A stretch of DNA of 64,000 nt from Cenococcum geophilum (GCA_050273025.1 CP158636.1:7626001-7690000); one strand, 5' to 3'; counted from the stretch's first letter, positions 14,331 through 28,529 are shown. Notes: generated by a model from the sequence alone, not told the origin. Numbers and translations are program-made.

Positions 14331-15419
14331 TAATAAGGAATCCGGCATATTTAACCCTTAGGAATCTAGTAGGATTGGGGTAAAGGTAAGGTAGGCGTAG
14401 TAAATTGGCTAGGTAAATTAGCTGCAAGACGAGGTAAGATAGAGAGAAGTTGAGAAAGTAGTTGGTTAGCTTAAAGGCGGAGGCAGCGTATCTGATATAT
14501 AGGTAAATTAAGTAGTAGAGGGGCTTGTTAGAGTAAGAGGCTGGCTAGCTATACGTATTTTAGCGGATTTTATATTAGTAAAGTAGTATAATAACCCCCC
14601 CTCTTCTGCCTTTCTCTTCCAATTTGTCGCATATTTTTCTTTAATAGGCTTTATTTTTGTAATAATCTCTACCTTTATAGTCTAAGCTCCTTTAATCTGT
14701 TCGCAATTAAGTATATTAACTCTATTAATACTTAGGGCTAAATTAATAGCTAATCTTTGTAACCGTCGCTTCTTAATATATAGAATAGCCTTATGTTACT
14801 CCTCTGCAAAGACTCTTTTTACGTTTTATATATAAAATGACTTTATTAGCTTATTGTCTAAGCTAATATGCTTTAAGGGAGATTCTAGGTTAGAAAAGGC
14901 GGAAATAGCATAATTAAACTAACTCTACGTCTTGGGTGTATCTATAGGCTAACTAGGTATAAAGGGAAGCTCCGGAGTACGTCTTAATAAGGGAGGAAAA
15001 TAAGGACAACTATCAGGCACTTGCTGCTTAGTAGTAAGTAGTATTAACCTACTAAACCGCCAGAAAAGGTTAGCCATATCCATATAAATTGGTTAAATTC
15101 TTATATTTCTGTAGGCAGTTATAATACTCTTACCTATAAAGATTAGCTCTAGTGCTTGCTTACTAGTAGGAATTCTTAATATTGTATAGCTAACGGTAAG
15201 ATAATACGGTAATCTGCCACAATCTGCCCTAAATAGGCTAGTAATAGGCCCAAGCTCCCTAGCAGAACATTAAAATCTACCCCTTTACTCCTCCATTTCA
15301 TTAACTGCATCTACACCAATAAATATATAATTTAAAAGTGTTATACTTTATCTTTATATCTTTATTAACTTCTTTAACTTCTCCTATATTAGTTATACTG
15401 AAGGTTTACTAACCTCTAC

Positions 15420-17803
15420 TATCCTAAAAGAATATAACTACAGCTTCCAAAAAAAAATAAGGTATAGACTACCCTCTATATAACTACTCGAAATACTAAT
15501 ATATGCCTGCTACTAAGGTAAAGGCAAAAGAAATAGTACTGCCAGTGCAAGAAGAATCTAGAAACGTATACGCGAACGACAGTCGGGCTAAAGTATTATA
15601 AACAGTATATACATAGTAGCATGCAGCTAACTTTAGCAGACGGCTATATATGGCGATAGAGTATCTAGGGATGGCATCCTAAAACGTTAGTTAGATATAA
15701 GTAATAATTTTAAAAAAGATAAAGGCCCAAGGCCCCAGGGAAGAGCGTATCGTTAACAATTCCAGCAGAGTTTAGACGAAGAATCTCTAGATCTATATAC
15801 ACAGAATTTAACCATAGTATCTATTGTATAGACTCTATTCCTTTATACCCACTAATGCTTTAACAGTGGTTATAAGTCCTAAATCGCCCTAATAAGCGGC
15901 TCTAATGCTACCGTCCCTTTACTAAAGAGCCTATCTCTAGTGCCGAAGATAACTCTATAGCTAAGTTATTTTATACGGCGCCTATACGCAGTAATAGACC
16001 GCGGAAGGCTTAATATAGTATAGATATAGTTAGAAGATAGTAAGGAATAAGTCATAGCAGTAAACCCAAATTAAAACCTATAGATAAACTAATATTAAAA
16101 GCTGCTGTGCGCTTCTTTCTAATATTTATAATATTAGGTAAGGCTCCTAAAGGTCTTTCTCTTATACTATAGCCAGAAGGAAACATAGGGACTCTAGAAA
16201 AGACGATGGACTTAGTATAGGATAAAGTAGTAGAGTTTAATGGGGTTTCTAAAGGCGACGGTTCTAGCAAGGCTATGCAAAAACCGTTGCTATTAATATG
16301 TCGCATAGTAAGCTACCTCTTATTACTTCTATATATACTAATATAAAATAGATATATAATAGCATTAGCTAGTTTTAGTCTTACCTGTTAAAACGCATAT
16401 AAGATTGCATAAAGGCTAAGTACTTATTTAGAAAGCTCTCTAAGTAAGAAATAATTGCTAAAGTGGAAGAGCTACTCTATATAGATAACTTTTAATGCTC
16501 TAAGACGGTACGCATAGCTATACTACCTTAGCAACCTCCTAACTATTTATAGGGCGAGTAATCCCGCTTTATAGCACCGGTTATTATAGCTAATCTCTTT
16601 AAGTTATTCTTTAAAGGATAGTAGTAATTTAGGTTCGGCATAGATATGCAGCACTTTCTACGCCCAATTAACCCCGGGGCTATTATACTAATTTGTGTAA
16701 TAATCTGCCACATTATTAATAAATGGAAAAGTGGTAGTTTTACCCAACAAAAGTTTAAAGCAGGTGCTAATCTTAATAGTAATTTATTCTTTCTCTACCC
16801 TTATTCTAATTACCTAAACTACGCCGTAATTAACTCTAATATTAGCCATATAGGAACGGACAAAGGCTATATAGGTAGATTAGTTAATAGAGCGCCAGAA
16901 CTAGATTTTAGGGCTTTTACAACAGGGTATCTTAAAAAGACTTTAAGTAACTATATACGGCAACGACCCTACTATACAAGCAATTTCAAATCTATTTAAA
17001 TATAGTCTTAATAATCTTTCTAACCTAGACTCTAACTATAACGCAGGATTTAATAAGTAGTACTTTAATATACTTCTACTAGTATATAACTACTTATAAT
17101 AATAGTTCTGGACTAACACTTATATCTAGGTACTTAACGCGTCCCTTTCCTTAAACCTAGATACCTCCCGCCCTTCTAGCACTGTTACTCAGCCTAATAT
17201 ACCCTACAACATGTTACCTAATTAGACCGACCATAGTACTAATTACCAAGGCGGTAGGCCTAACAATGTTAGCGACCCTAATAGCGGTATAGATGGCGGG
17301 ACTAATATAGATAAGTGTTATAATGGATATAGTAAAGTTAATATAGATAAAGATGGCGATGCGGATAATAGAACGGATATAGCTCTAGGTAGTAATATAG
17401 ATGATTAGAATGGTGTGAGAAAGGGGGGCAATAAATATAATGGAGTGGACACAGGCAGTAATACTGGCGTAAATAGTAGAGAAGATATGGATAAGGATAG
17501 TGGCGCTAGTAATAATTTCGGAAATAATACCTATAAGCTTGTCTTTACAGGTATAAAATCACGGAATTGGAAACGTACTATTAATATACTATATCGCTGG
17601 AATTACGAACAGTTGATAGTTGCAGTTAAGCCATTTAGAAAGACGCTTGGGGCTAAACCTAATATAAGTCTTTAGTATACTATTGGAAAAGGGGTTAAGT
17701 CTATACTATTTAATAATAAGGATTTAGATATCTTTAGAACAAAAATAGAGGAGGGGCTAGGTAAGGCAAATGCTTTGTGGTTTGTAATAGGTTTAGAGAA
17801 ATA
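15420..17803 (+). pseudogene. DUF6532-like accessory gene of the Plavaka element (RIPed, intron-containing)
   Basis: NPAL*...LFKLFFK...MQHFLRPINPGAIILICVIICHIINKWKSGSFTQQKF (ORF 16646-16999) resembles the DUF6532 pattern (P.P...IAL....I...LDEW.TG.....F). A D/G/N-rich low-complexity tail follows. Confidence 0.6.
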
Positions 17804-17851
17804 GCTATTTTATATAGTGGTTATAATATGAATATATTTTTAAAGGCATAT

Positions 17852-18332
17852 TATAGCAATCTGTGGCAATCTGTGGCAATCTATAGCAATCTATAGCAAT
17901 CTGTAGCAATCTATAGCAGTATATTATAATTTAAAGAAATATATATAGTCCGTATAGTTTGTATAGTTTGTATAGTTTATACAGTTCGTACAGTTTATAC
18001 AGTTTGTATAGTTTGTACAGTTTATATAGTTTGTATAGTTCGTACAGTTTATATAGTTTGTATAGTTTGTATAGTTTATACAGTTTATACAGTTTGTACA
18101 GTTCGTACAGTTTATATAGTTTGCGCGCTATATAATTATAGGGTAGCAAAATGCTAGCATTAGTTTGGTAGTTAAGCATTTTGCTACGATTTGCTAGCAG
18201 ACGCTGTAAACTTGTTACGAAATGCGCGGTTTATACGAATCGCTAACGACCATATACGACCGCCGCGATCGTACAGTTTGCGGCAATTTGCGGCAAACTG
18301 CAACAACCTACCACAAAAAAAAATTCCTGATG
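17852..18332. repeat. Subterminal repeat block and probable right end of the Plavaka element
   Basis: About 6 copies of a 10-mer gcaatct(g/a)t(g/a) (17852-17918) and about 19 copies of a 9-mer gtttgtaca/gtttatata (17950-18122). Less-RIPed sequence then ends in ccacaaaaaaaaattcctgatg, abutting an unrelated 69-bp repeat. Confidence 0.65.
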
Positions 18333-18473
18333 AAATACTGAGATATACGGCTGCTGCTAACTTTGTCCTATTTATTAGTATAGGGTATAAGTAGACCTGC
18401 GAATACTAAGATATATAGCTGCTGCTAACCTTGTCCTGCTTATTAGTATAGGATATATATAGATCTACAAATG
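18333..18473. repeat. Two copies of a 69-bp tandem repeat
   Basis: aatactgagatatacggctgctgctaactttgtcc... is repeated as aatactaagatatatagctgctgctaaccttgtcc... Confidence 0.8.
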
Positions 18474-20548
18474 CCTTTTATACGTGACCGCTTAAACCAG
18501 TACTAATATAGATAAAGCCCGACAACTGGTTCTATACCTTTAACAATATATTTACCCAGGATTTCGTTAAAAGCTTGCTATTTAGTACGCTACTAAGCCA
18601 GCTTACCCCGGTCCAGTGTTATATCTACTATAGTACCATTATAGCTGCTAGCTGCGGCGTTAATCTTTCTAAAGTCCGTGCTGCTGAAAAAAGTTATTAG
18701 CTCTGCGCTCCACTCCTCCATATACTTAAACGCTACTGTAATGATAATAAACTATATATTCAAATAGTTAGAAAACGGTTAGCATTAAAATTAGGAGAGG
18801 GGGAGCTACGCATTCTCCGGTTGTATTTTAATTTAAGTTAGTGTTTTTAACTCCTTACATACGCTAGGCAGGGCCATTACTTACTATATATCTTTACGCA
18901 TAGAATATTTAGCCAATCCTAATAACGGTATCTAGATTAGCTTCCCAGTCTTACCTAAAGATAAAAGTTCTATACGATTTGCACTACTTCGCGTATAGCT
19001 TCGTTAGTGTAACAAGTCCCATAATTATAATAAGCATTATATTAAATCCAACATAGAATTGCCGACAAGACTCCTCTACGTTAGTAATCCGGATAATCTA
19101 GATTATAATCCTAATATCTTGCGTCTTAATCGTGCTATATAAATAGACGGAGGAAAATATATTACTTTATCCCATTGCTAGGGCGAACTTCTAATTAAAG
19201 ATAAGAAACAATTTTATATAACCTAGGATAACATTATCTAACAGCTGAGAGGATTTAGTATCTCTAACCTGCCAAAGACTTTCTAGGACGCTATTAAAGT
19301 AACTTAAGAACTTCGCGTACTATACCTTTAGATCGACTCACTCTATATAATCCAATATAAGAATAATAAAGAAGATTAGAAACGCGAATGTGGGCGTATA
19401 GGAAAAGTCTTTTCTTTAGCTTACTGCATAATTACTATAACTTCGGCTGTTTATTTAAAAGCGGGATTCCTTAAGCGGAACGTAAGCACTAAGTATATCC
19501 TTATTTAAGATACCTTAGGCAGGCGATTCTATATCTACACCGGTATAGATAATTTCAATAATAATATAGAAAAGGCTCGGCTTAATACGCGAGCATAGGT
19601 AATGTAAGAAAGGGTTTTATCACAATAAACTATTTATTTTAGTAACAATTAGATATACTAGGAATGTAGTAAAGGGGTTTACTACAAAACCCTTACTAGA
19701 CTAAAAAGGTAAGAGCTTAAGCAATATCTAATAGACTAACATCTTCCTAACTTAGATATTTTGCTCCTTAGCCTATTTTAAAGGAAGTTCTTTATACTTA
19801 ATCTAAACTTCCTAAACTAGCTCCTTAAGTTAGGCTACAAACGTACTATAGAATTCATTTACTTTTTTTTAAGGACTACTTAAAGCGCGACCTTATAGAG
19901 AAGACTAATAGAGCTATTATAACATCTAGGTTAGAGGCCCGTATTACACGCTCTCTATAGTATTAAAGTAGATACGGTATCTTTAAGCGGTACCTTTACA
20001 GGAATCTCTTATAGCAGGCGTCTGATAATAAGATAGAGCGGATTATATACAAAAACCGAAATGTGCTATTATGGTTATAGATGGTATATAATGGAGGGAT
20101 TCAGTTTATAAACATCCCTTTTAGTATAGTTAATTAGATTAATAACTTCCGGTTTAATAGGGAGCGCGAACTTAAATTAATCGCTAACGTAGGGGAGTTT
20201 TAGGATTGTATAATAGAACCAAATAGGAAATATTATGCCGTTTTGGATTTTAGCGGAATTGAAAGAGGATAGATACAGTATAATGTTAAGGGGGGCTCGG
20301 ATCTTTACAAAGAACGATGTGTTGTTGTTAAGAAGAAGTCTAAGATTAAGTCTAAGGATAAGATCGAGGAAGACGAGGAGGACGAAGATAAGGAGGAGGA
20401 CGAAGACGAGGAGGAGGAGGGTGTTAAGGAGTACTATATATTAGTTATTAGGCCGACCAGTATAGATAGCAAGTATAAGAGGGTTGGAGTTGGATTGATT
20501 TAGAGTGACTACCTAGTGCGATAGAGGCTCGACGTGCGAGTTATGTGA
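18470..20548 (+). pseudogene. HET-domain (PF06985, TIR-like heterokaryon incompatibility) gene, RIP-inactivated
   Basis: Motifs LPTRLLYV, YITLSHC*G, LPKTF*DAIKVT*ELRVLYL*IDSLYIIQ, ED*KRECGRIGKVFSLAYCII and LNTRA*VM*ERVLS. An acidic run precedes YKRVGVGLI and the stop at 20546-20548. The 5' end is uncertain. Confidence 0.9.
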
Positions 20549-20979
20549 ACGACTTTGCACTAGAAAATCTGGTAGAGTAACCGACGTATATATAGATTTA
20601 ATGTCGAATTATAAGGCATAGTCTATATATAGGCCCTATCTACTTATAACATTATTAACGGTTTAGTACCTCTTATTATAGTATAGGTGCTTAGTTAGGG
20701 CTAAGGCGACTAAAAAGATAAACTAATTTATACGAGATACTTTACTATACAGAAATTTTATAGTAGGCTATAATGGTACACTATATCCTTATATAGCCGT
20801 CTAAGTATGGCGTTTAACTATTCTGGGTATAGCTTACTGTTAAGACTATTACCTAAAGTAAGTCTAAGTAGGTTTACTACGCACTCGCCTATAGAGCTAC
20901 CTTCTACTAATGCCCGCACTTTGACTTAGCGTAGGACGCGTCCAGCGGCGGCGTAGTTAGCGGTATTTATGGTAGGTGG

Positions 20980-21189
20980 TGTAACGGCGCTATCGCACGT
21001 TACCTGCTAAATTCTGCTATATTCTGCCGACCTACGATTGGCCCGCCTAAAGCTAGCGCCTTGGCGGCTTACCCTATATATTTATTTATATCGGTCCTAA
21101 CAACCCCTTTTCCTTCTCTTTAGCTTAGTATCTTTATAATACAGCATTTTACAAGCTTTAGTTTAGAAGCATTTATATAAGCCGTAATA
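20980..21189 (+). repeat. 5' LTR of the Gypsy element
   Basis: tgtaacggcgctatc...gccgtaata; matches 27946-28155. Confidence 0.95.
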
Positions 21190-23719
21190 TTATACTAAGC
21201 TCACCCTACCTTGCCTGGGAAGGCCTTAATAATATCCCACCCTAAAGAAACTTTGTCTACAACGACGCATTAACGCGCTATACTTAAACACTAAAATAAC
21301 TCTATATTGCCTGGGAAGGCCTAGATAATATCCTACCTTATAAGCTAGACAGGACTAGACCTATACCCCTAGAATTAAAACTAAAGCGTATAATACTAAT
21401 AAACCTTAGGAAGCCAATAATAGCACCTAAAGTAAGCTTATTTAAAAGAGCTGCCTCTACCTAAGAGGAACCTAAGATCTAATTAGGATTAGAAATTAAA
21501 GATAATAATAACGTTATAAACGTACGCGAGTAGATTCGCGCCCTTATAGCCAGCTAGGAAGCTAATTGTCTTAAAGCAAGAAATATATAAGAGACCCTAT
21601 AAGAGATCCTAGAAAGCCTCGCGACCCTATAAAATAGCCTAGCTTTCCCTTCTTAAAGCCCTAGCTAACCTATTTACTCTACTAAATATAATATACTAGG
21701 GAGTACGGATACAATAATAAAGTAATTAAAGTCCGTTAAGCTCCCTAACCCCCTACTACTATCTAATAGGATAGACCCTACCTTTAAGAATTAGAGGATT
21801 TAAGTATAAGAAAAACTCCGCGTTAACTATAACTATTTCCTTTCTAAAGAAGCTAAAATGCTCTACCTTTTTAGTTAAACTACTGGGGATACCTAACGGC
21901 ACCTTTAAGCTAAGTTTAAGGACGACTTCCCTATTTAATTTATATCTATTAATAAGATAATATAGCACCTAGTGGCTATTTATATTAACCTAAACAAAGT
22001 ACAGGATACCTATTATAACTATAATCGCCTAATAATAAAACTAAACTAACCCTTTGCTAAATTTTAGACTTAATTTTTATACCTTATAGGAGAAGGCCAG
22101 GTTCCCCTTAAGAACTACTAATTAAACCTATATAATAAGCTAATAATCCAGCTATAAGAAAAGATTGCTATAACCCTAAATAACCTACTAACCTATAAAA
22201 GACTCGCAGCTTATTACCTATTATTAGACTTAAAACTAAAGCGGATTAACGCCTACCCTAATTAGTAGAAGCAACTCCGTAATAATTAGAACTCTTTAGC
22301 TATACCTATAGAAGCTAAAGCAGGAAGATAAGTTATAACTACTTTTATACTAAAGGCGGTTATAACTACGTACTAGTAAGCCTTACCTAACTAGTTACGT
22401 ACTACGCCATTAACTAGTATTCGCTATAATACTTTAATTAACCCTGCCTTAGCTATATGCTACAACTATAATAAGTAGGGTTATTTTACCTTGTCCTGCC
22501 CAGAGCTAAAGGATATAGGCGATATTAAGGAGATAAAGGAAGGAGAAATGTCCGATAAGTTAGGAAAAGAAGAACCCTAGGGAAAGACTCCCCCCTAGGG
22601 TACCCTATTAATCTTAAAGAGATTAATCTTAGTTAGTTAATAGGTGGAAAGTATTTTATAGTTCTATATATAGTATCTTAAAATAGATATAGAGTTAATA
22701 TAACCGCCCTTATTAACACTAGAGTAAATAGCTTCGCCTTTATAAATACTGCCTATATAAATAATGTTGCTAAGTTTCTAAATATAGAAGCTATCCGACT
22801 AGAGAAGCCTGTTTAGGTAAAAGGCTATAATAGCTAAGCCGGTTAGCCTATTACCTACATCTTAAAGTTATATATTGCTCTTAACGGATAACGCTAATAT
22901 AGTATCCCCTTTTGCATTCTAGACCTGGGGTTTTATAATATAATCCTCGGATAAAAATAGATGTCCTATTTTAATATTTAGTTAAATATATAATAAAGAC
23001 GGTTTGTCTAGCCGGAGGATAGACTAAAGTTGCCCTTCTTTATTATGGAGATCTAAACTAACTGTAAGACACTAGCCGTAAGGGCTAACCCTACCTACTA
23101 GTAGGATGTCTGGGCCCGTAACCTAGCCTTTACCTAAGAAGACGCCCGCTATAAAGCTAGAAAGAACTCTATACCGATAAAGATACTCTTTTAAAGCGCT
23201 ACGTTTAAAGAGGACTCTACGTATAAAAGCGGGATAGATAATAATATAAATGACGTCTAAATTGCACGGATTTAACCGGTATAGAAAAGAATGTATTAAT
23301 AGGATATAAGGGATAACCTCTAAAAGATGCAATAGGAGCTAAAAGGAGTAATAATAACGCTAGTACCCTAGAAGTCCCTAAAGTTATATACACCCCTATT
23401 ATTAGGCAACCCCCCCACTATAAACATTGCCGTAATTAGCGCTATAGCGTTTTACTTTAATATATACTAGAAGGACAATAAGGTCTTTATAATAAGCCTA
23501 TATAAGATTAACTAAATTATTAATAATAGAGAGAAAAGGTTAGCTAAGGAAACCGATAAGGAACTAGTTAAACGCCTTCTTTTTACTATTTATATAGACT
23601 ATAAGAATGCATTCTTAAAGGCGGCCTTAGATAAGTTACCCCCCTACTAGATATATAATTATAAGATTAAATTAAAAGCCAATAACTCACTAGGCTATAG
23701 CCCCCTCTACTATTAATTA

Positions 23720-24715
23720 GTAGTAACTCTTTAATTAACGTCTAATACGGATCCTACTGGCCTACGCAGACTACTCTGTTATAGGGGGAAAACTTATAAT
23801 TTATATAAAGAAAACCCTACAGTTAGGGGAAGGAAAAACCCTATAAGCCACCTTAGTCGGATAAAAAACCCCAAATTGCCATATTTATACGTAGTGCGGC
23901 CCTACAGGCCTATAGCTACGTCCTCCTCCTTAGATGTTTTAAACTCCTTAGGAACCACTACTTCTCTAGCTTATCCCAGCTAGGGTTTACTACGTCCCAG
24001 CTAGGCCTTGCCAATTAATTACTATACTGTTATTTCCTATATCTTAGCCATCCTCTATATGCTATCTCTTATCTAACTATTACTATATACGCTATGCCTC
24101 CCCCCCCCTAGGGCCTATTAAAGGCGTAAGGGGGATTTATTTATAAACTACTACTATACCAAAAGGCGAGCGGGACGTGTGTATACCTGGGTATCTTTTA
24201 TACCTAGGCCCCAGTCACTAGGCCCTCGCTAAGGGTTACCACTCCTTAAGAGGAGATAGGAAAACTGTACGGTGTTATCTAGGCTGCTAGGTAGTATTTA
24301 ATAGTTAATAGTAAGTAACCGCATGCTCCGCGGGCGATCGCCCTAGGGGTTAGAAGGGGCCGTATATTTGCTCGTTCGTTTATTTATTTATATTTATTTA
24401 TTTATTAATATAAGGTTATCAATGCTTTCTACTAAGGGTTAGGGGATGCTATTAAATACTATATATCCATATTAGATTATATAGGTGCCCTAGATAGGAG
24501 AATAGCGTAGTAGTCGTTGTATATAGAGAGCCGACAGTAGTGTTCTTCAAGATCTCACTATCTGAAAATTTTTCACCACCGCCCTTAACGCCTACAACCA
24601 CCACTAGGTCCTGTCCGCACGCTATATAACGTCTCTGCGTTGGCTCTGGATCTAAACTTTAGAGACTAGGTTCGTAGCCGTCACCATGTATAGGTGCAGA
24701 GTCCGATTTCAACGG
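23720..24715. mobile_element. 996-bp insertion in Gypsy pol with a 16-bp TSD; probable non-LTR retroposon (5'-truncated LINE or SINE, likely minus strand)
   Basis: cctctactattaatta is duplicated at 23704-23719 and 24716-24731. No TIR or LTR. The minus-strand end reads ...gagttactac, and there is an internal (ttta)n tract at ~24378-24410. Confidence 0.75.
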
Positions 24716-27700
24716 CCTCTACTATTAATTAATGGATAAGCTAAAAGTAATAAAGTAGTACTTAATTAATAACCTGGATAAAGGGTTTATTGAGCCAAGT
24801 TAAGCCCCTTTTACTTCCCCTATTTTGTTTGTAAAAAAGCCTAATAGAGGCCTTAATTTTTATATTAACTATTAAAAGCTAAACGCTATTACTTAAAAGG
24901 ACTAGTATCCTATTCCTTTAATTAACGAGACCCTTACACGCCTAAGCTAAGTAAAGATCTTTACTAAACTTAATATCCGCTAAGCTTTTTACCGAATTAG
25001 GATAGACCCTATATTTAAAGATTTAACAATATTCCGTACCTGTTATAGTTCCTATAAATATAAAGTTTTTCCTTTTAGACTAATAAATGGACCAGCTACG
25101 TACTAAAGGTATATAAATGACGTTCTTTTTAATTACCTTAATGAATTCTGCACGGTATACCTAGACGATATTCTTATATACTTAGACGACGAACTTAAGC
25201 ATTAAGTTTATATTAAGAAGGTCCTGGAAAAACTACGGAACGCGAGCTTATAAGTTAATATTAAGAAATATAAGTTTAGGGTAAAACGTATAAAATACCT
25301 TGGGTTTATTATAACTATAAAAGGAATTAAGGTTAACCTAGAGAAGGTAGAGGTAATCTATAACTGGAAGCCCCCTTATATAGTAAAAGGAATCTAATCC
25401 TTTCTTAGTTTTTGTAACTTCTACTACCGGTTTATCCGTAACTATAAAATTATGGCAAAACCTCTTATACGACTAACTAGGAAGGATACGCCTTTTGTCT
25501 TTAATAATAGCTGCCTAAAAGCCTTTAAAGAAATAAAGGATCGGCTTATCTCTTTCCTAATTCTTTATTACTATAACCTAGACCTTAAATTAATGCTAGA
25601 AACGGACGCCTCTAATAGAGTTGTAGCGGAAATCCTATTATAGTTATATCTAGACAGCGAATGGTACCCTATAGCTTTCTTTTTAAAGATAATAGACCCG
25701 GCTAAGTGTAACTATAAAGTATACGATAAAGAAATGCTAGCTATTATTTAATTACTTTTTTAATAGCGTGTAGAGCTTAAAGGTATAAACTTTTAGATTA
25801 AGATATATACAGATTATAAAGCCCTAGAGTACTTTATAATTATAAAGCAGCTTACTAAATAATAAGCCCAGTAGGCCGAAATACTCTCCTAATTCTTCTT
25901 TATAATTATATATCGTTCTAGTAAGTAAAACTTTAAGGCTAATACCCTAATTTAAAGAGAATAAGATATAGGACCTTAGGATAAGCTAAAGACCTAATAT
26001 TGGACGCGCGCCCTCCTCTATTTAGAACAGCTTAACCTATAAATCCTTAAGGAGCTAGACTCCTAATAAAACGAGCTAGCACTAATAGAGGAGTCCTTAG
26101 ATAAGCTAATAGGGTTAATTAACTACCTTCTAACTGTAAACCGCACGGCTAATACCTTAAGGGCCCTCCGTAAATAAGCTATAAAAGGAGACTCTAATTT
26201 TAAGACAGAGGAAGGATTGCTCCTATACTAGGAGCGGCTTATAGTCCCTAACGTTAATAATCTATAGACTAAACTAATCCGCGAAGCTTATTGCTAAGTC
26301 TCTATGGTATACCCTAGCAAGAATAAGACCCGTAAAATTATTAACTGCCGCTACTACTGGCCGAGAATGGTTGTGGATATTAATCGATATATACGGAACT
26401 GCGAAGACTGTTAGAGAGCTATAATCCTACGGGATAAGACCCTAGGACTACTTAAGCCACTTCTAATACTAGAGCGCCCTTAGTAGTATATTTTTATAGA
26501 CTTCTATAAACTACCTAGGGACCGTAACGGATATAATATGGTTATAATTATAGTTGACCGCTTTGGTAAACGCCCGTTCTTAATTCCCTGTTATAAGAAC
26601 ATTAATACTAAAGAGGCAGCCTAGCTATATATCTATTACGTCTACTAAATCTACGGACCACTAGATACTATTATGTCTAATTATAGGTTATAGTTTATAT
26701 TAGCCTTCTAGAATAAGTTTACCTAAATCCTAGGCATTAAGCTAAAGCTTTCTACGGCTTATTACCCCTAGATAGACGGTTAGATAGAGATTATAAATTA
26801 GTACCTAGACTAGAGGCTTAGGCCCTTTATTAACTATTTTTAGGATAACTAGTCTAAACTACTACCATTAATAGACTACGCGCAAGCAACCCTACCCTAT
26901 AACTCTATAGGGTTTACCCCAATTTAGCTAGAAATAGGATACTTACCCGTATAAGCTTTAACTGGAAAAGGCTAAAAGAACCCTAGACTGTATAAGAGAA
27001 GCTATCCTATACTAAGGCCTAATAGTACGCTAAATAATTGGAGGAGGCCTAGATGGTAGCCCGTGAGAACCTAGAAAAAGCTTAGAGGTTAATAGAATAG
27101 CAGGCGAATAAACATTGTCGAGAGCCCGATTTTACCCCTAGTAATATAGTCTAGGTTATAATAAGGAATTAGAAGACTAAACAACCTAGCTATAAGCTAG
27201 ACTACTAAATAGCAGGACCGTATAAGGTTTTTAAGAAGATAGGCAACTCGTATAAGATAAAGCTCCTAGATTTAATTAGGGTTTACCCTATCTTTTTACT
27301 AGATAAGTTACGGAAAGCTATAAACGATCTATTGCCTAGATAAAAGAATAAGCCTCCCCTACTAGTTTAAGTAAACGGTGATAACAAATAGGAGGTTAAT
27401 AAAATACTGGCCTGTAAGATAGTATAGGGAACGCTAAAATACCGTATCTAATAGAAGGGCTATAATCCTAACCCAACCTAGTACCCTATGTGGAACTTTA
27501 TAGACTACCCCTAGAAGCTTAAAGAATTCTATAACTAATACCCTAATACGCCTGGACCCCTAAAGTACCTAGACGAATAAATGGAATGCTAGTATAATAA
27601 AGACAATAAGTTACCGGAAGAATATAGGGATAAAAACGCCCTAAAGCCCTAATATAACTGTCTGCCGTTTTTCTGCCGGTACTGTAAAATATTAGATGTC

Positions 27701-27945
27701 TAGGAACTTTAACCGCCGGTTAAAGTTGTCTAATTAGTTAGATCCGTGCTAAGATTTTTAGCGGCTACTATTTTTAGCCTAGTGCTTCTACTTAGCTCCT
27801 AATTACCCTTTATACTTAGTCTGAATGTACTTGTTATCCCCTTTGTCTCCTTATCTTATATTTTATAATCCTACATTTATAAGCCTAGTGCTACTCTATA
27901 TCTAACTAAGCCTAAGGGCAGGCTTTCTTTTAAAGAGGGGGGTGA

Positions 27946-28155
27946 TGTAACGGCGCTATCGCACATTACCTGCTAAATTCTGCCATATTCTGCTAATCTA
28001 TAATTGGCCCGCCTAAAGCTAGCGCCTTAGCGGCTTACCCTATATATTTGTTTACATCGGTTCTAGCAACCCCTTTTCCTTCTCTTTAGCTTAGTATCTT
28101 TGTAATACAGCATTCTACAAGCTTCGGTTTAGAAGTATTTGTATAAGCCGTAACA
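27946..28155 (+). repeat. 3' LTR of the Gypsy element
   Basis: tgtaacggcgctatc...gccgtaaca, preceded by a polypurine tract. Confidence 0.95.
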
Positions 28156-28529
28156 GGTAGTTAATGCGTATAGTAAAATACTTTAAGCTCACCCCTACTA
28201 GTAGGGAGGGTGGCTAAGCCGTACCGACTAAACCCTTATAATTTAAGACGAAGCGAGCTTTAGATATATTTATTAGGGACATTTTATTAACTAGTTACAT
28301 ATCCTAAAGATTGACGTAGTTATGCTAAGAAATGCTAAGCTTACCTTAGCCTTGTCGCTATATGCTCGCCGTGCTTAACGGCAGCAAATACTATATTAGC
28401 GTGGCGACCCGCTAATATAGGCTTGTTTTGTAACTATAAGTAAGCCGCAATATAACTATATTACTTTTGCCTACTACTAGCACCGCTACATTAACTAAAT
28501 ATATATCTTATAATACTATCTAACTATGT

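Larger units (their letters stand above)
20980..28155 (+). mobile_element. Full-length Ty3/Gypsy (chromovirus) LTR retrotransposon, RIPed
   Basis: 210-bp LTRs (20980-21189, 27946-28155; TG...CA), TSD ggtgg/ggtag (RIP variant) and PPT aaagagggggg. Gag zinc knuckle ~22458, protease ALINTRVN (DTGA) ~22705, RT VYLDDILIY ~25155, RNase H LETDASN, integrase, chromodomain ~27380-27540. Confidence 0.96.

Noticed and set aside
14560..15300. Possible small minus-strand gene between Plavaka and the DUF6532-like gene
   Set aside because: Too degraded to support boundaries or a product.
17931..18179. ORF with (LYK)n repeats
   Set aside because: It is a translation of the 9-bp subterminal repeat, not a plausible gene.
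24660..24690. tRNA B-box-like GGTTCGTAGCC in the 1-kb insert
   Set aside because: Imperfect match with no A-box or cloverleaf, and the wrong position and orientation for a SINE head.
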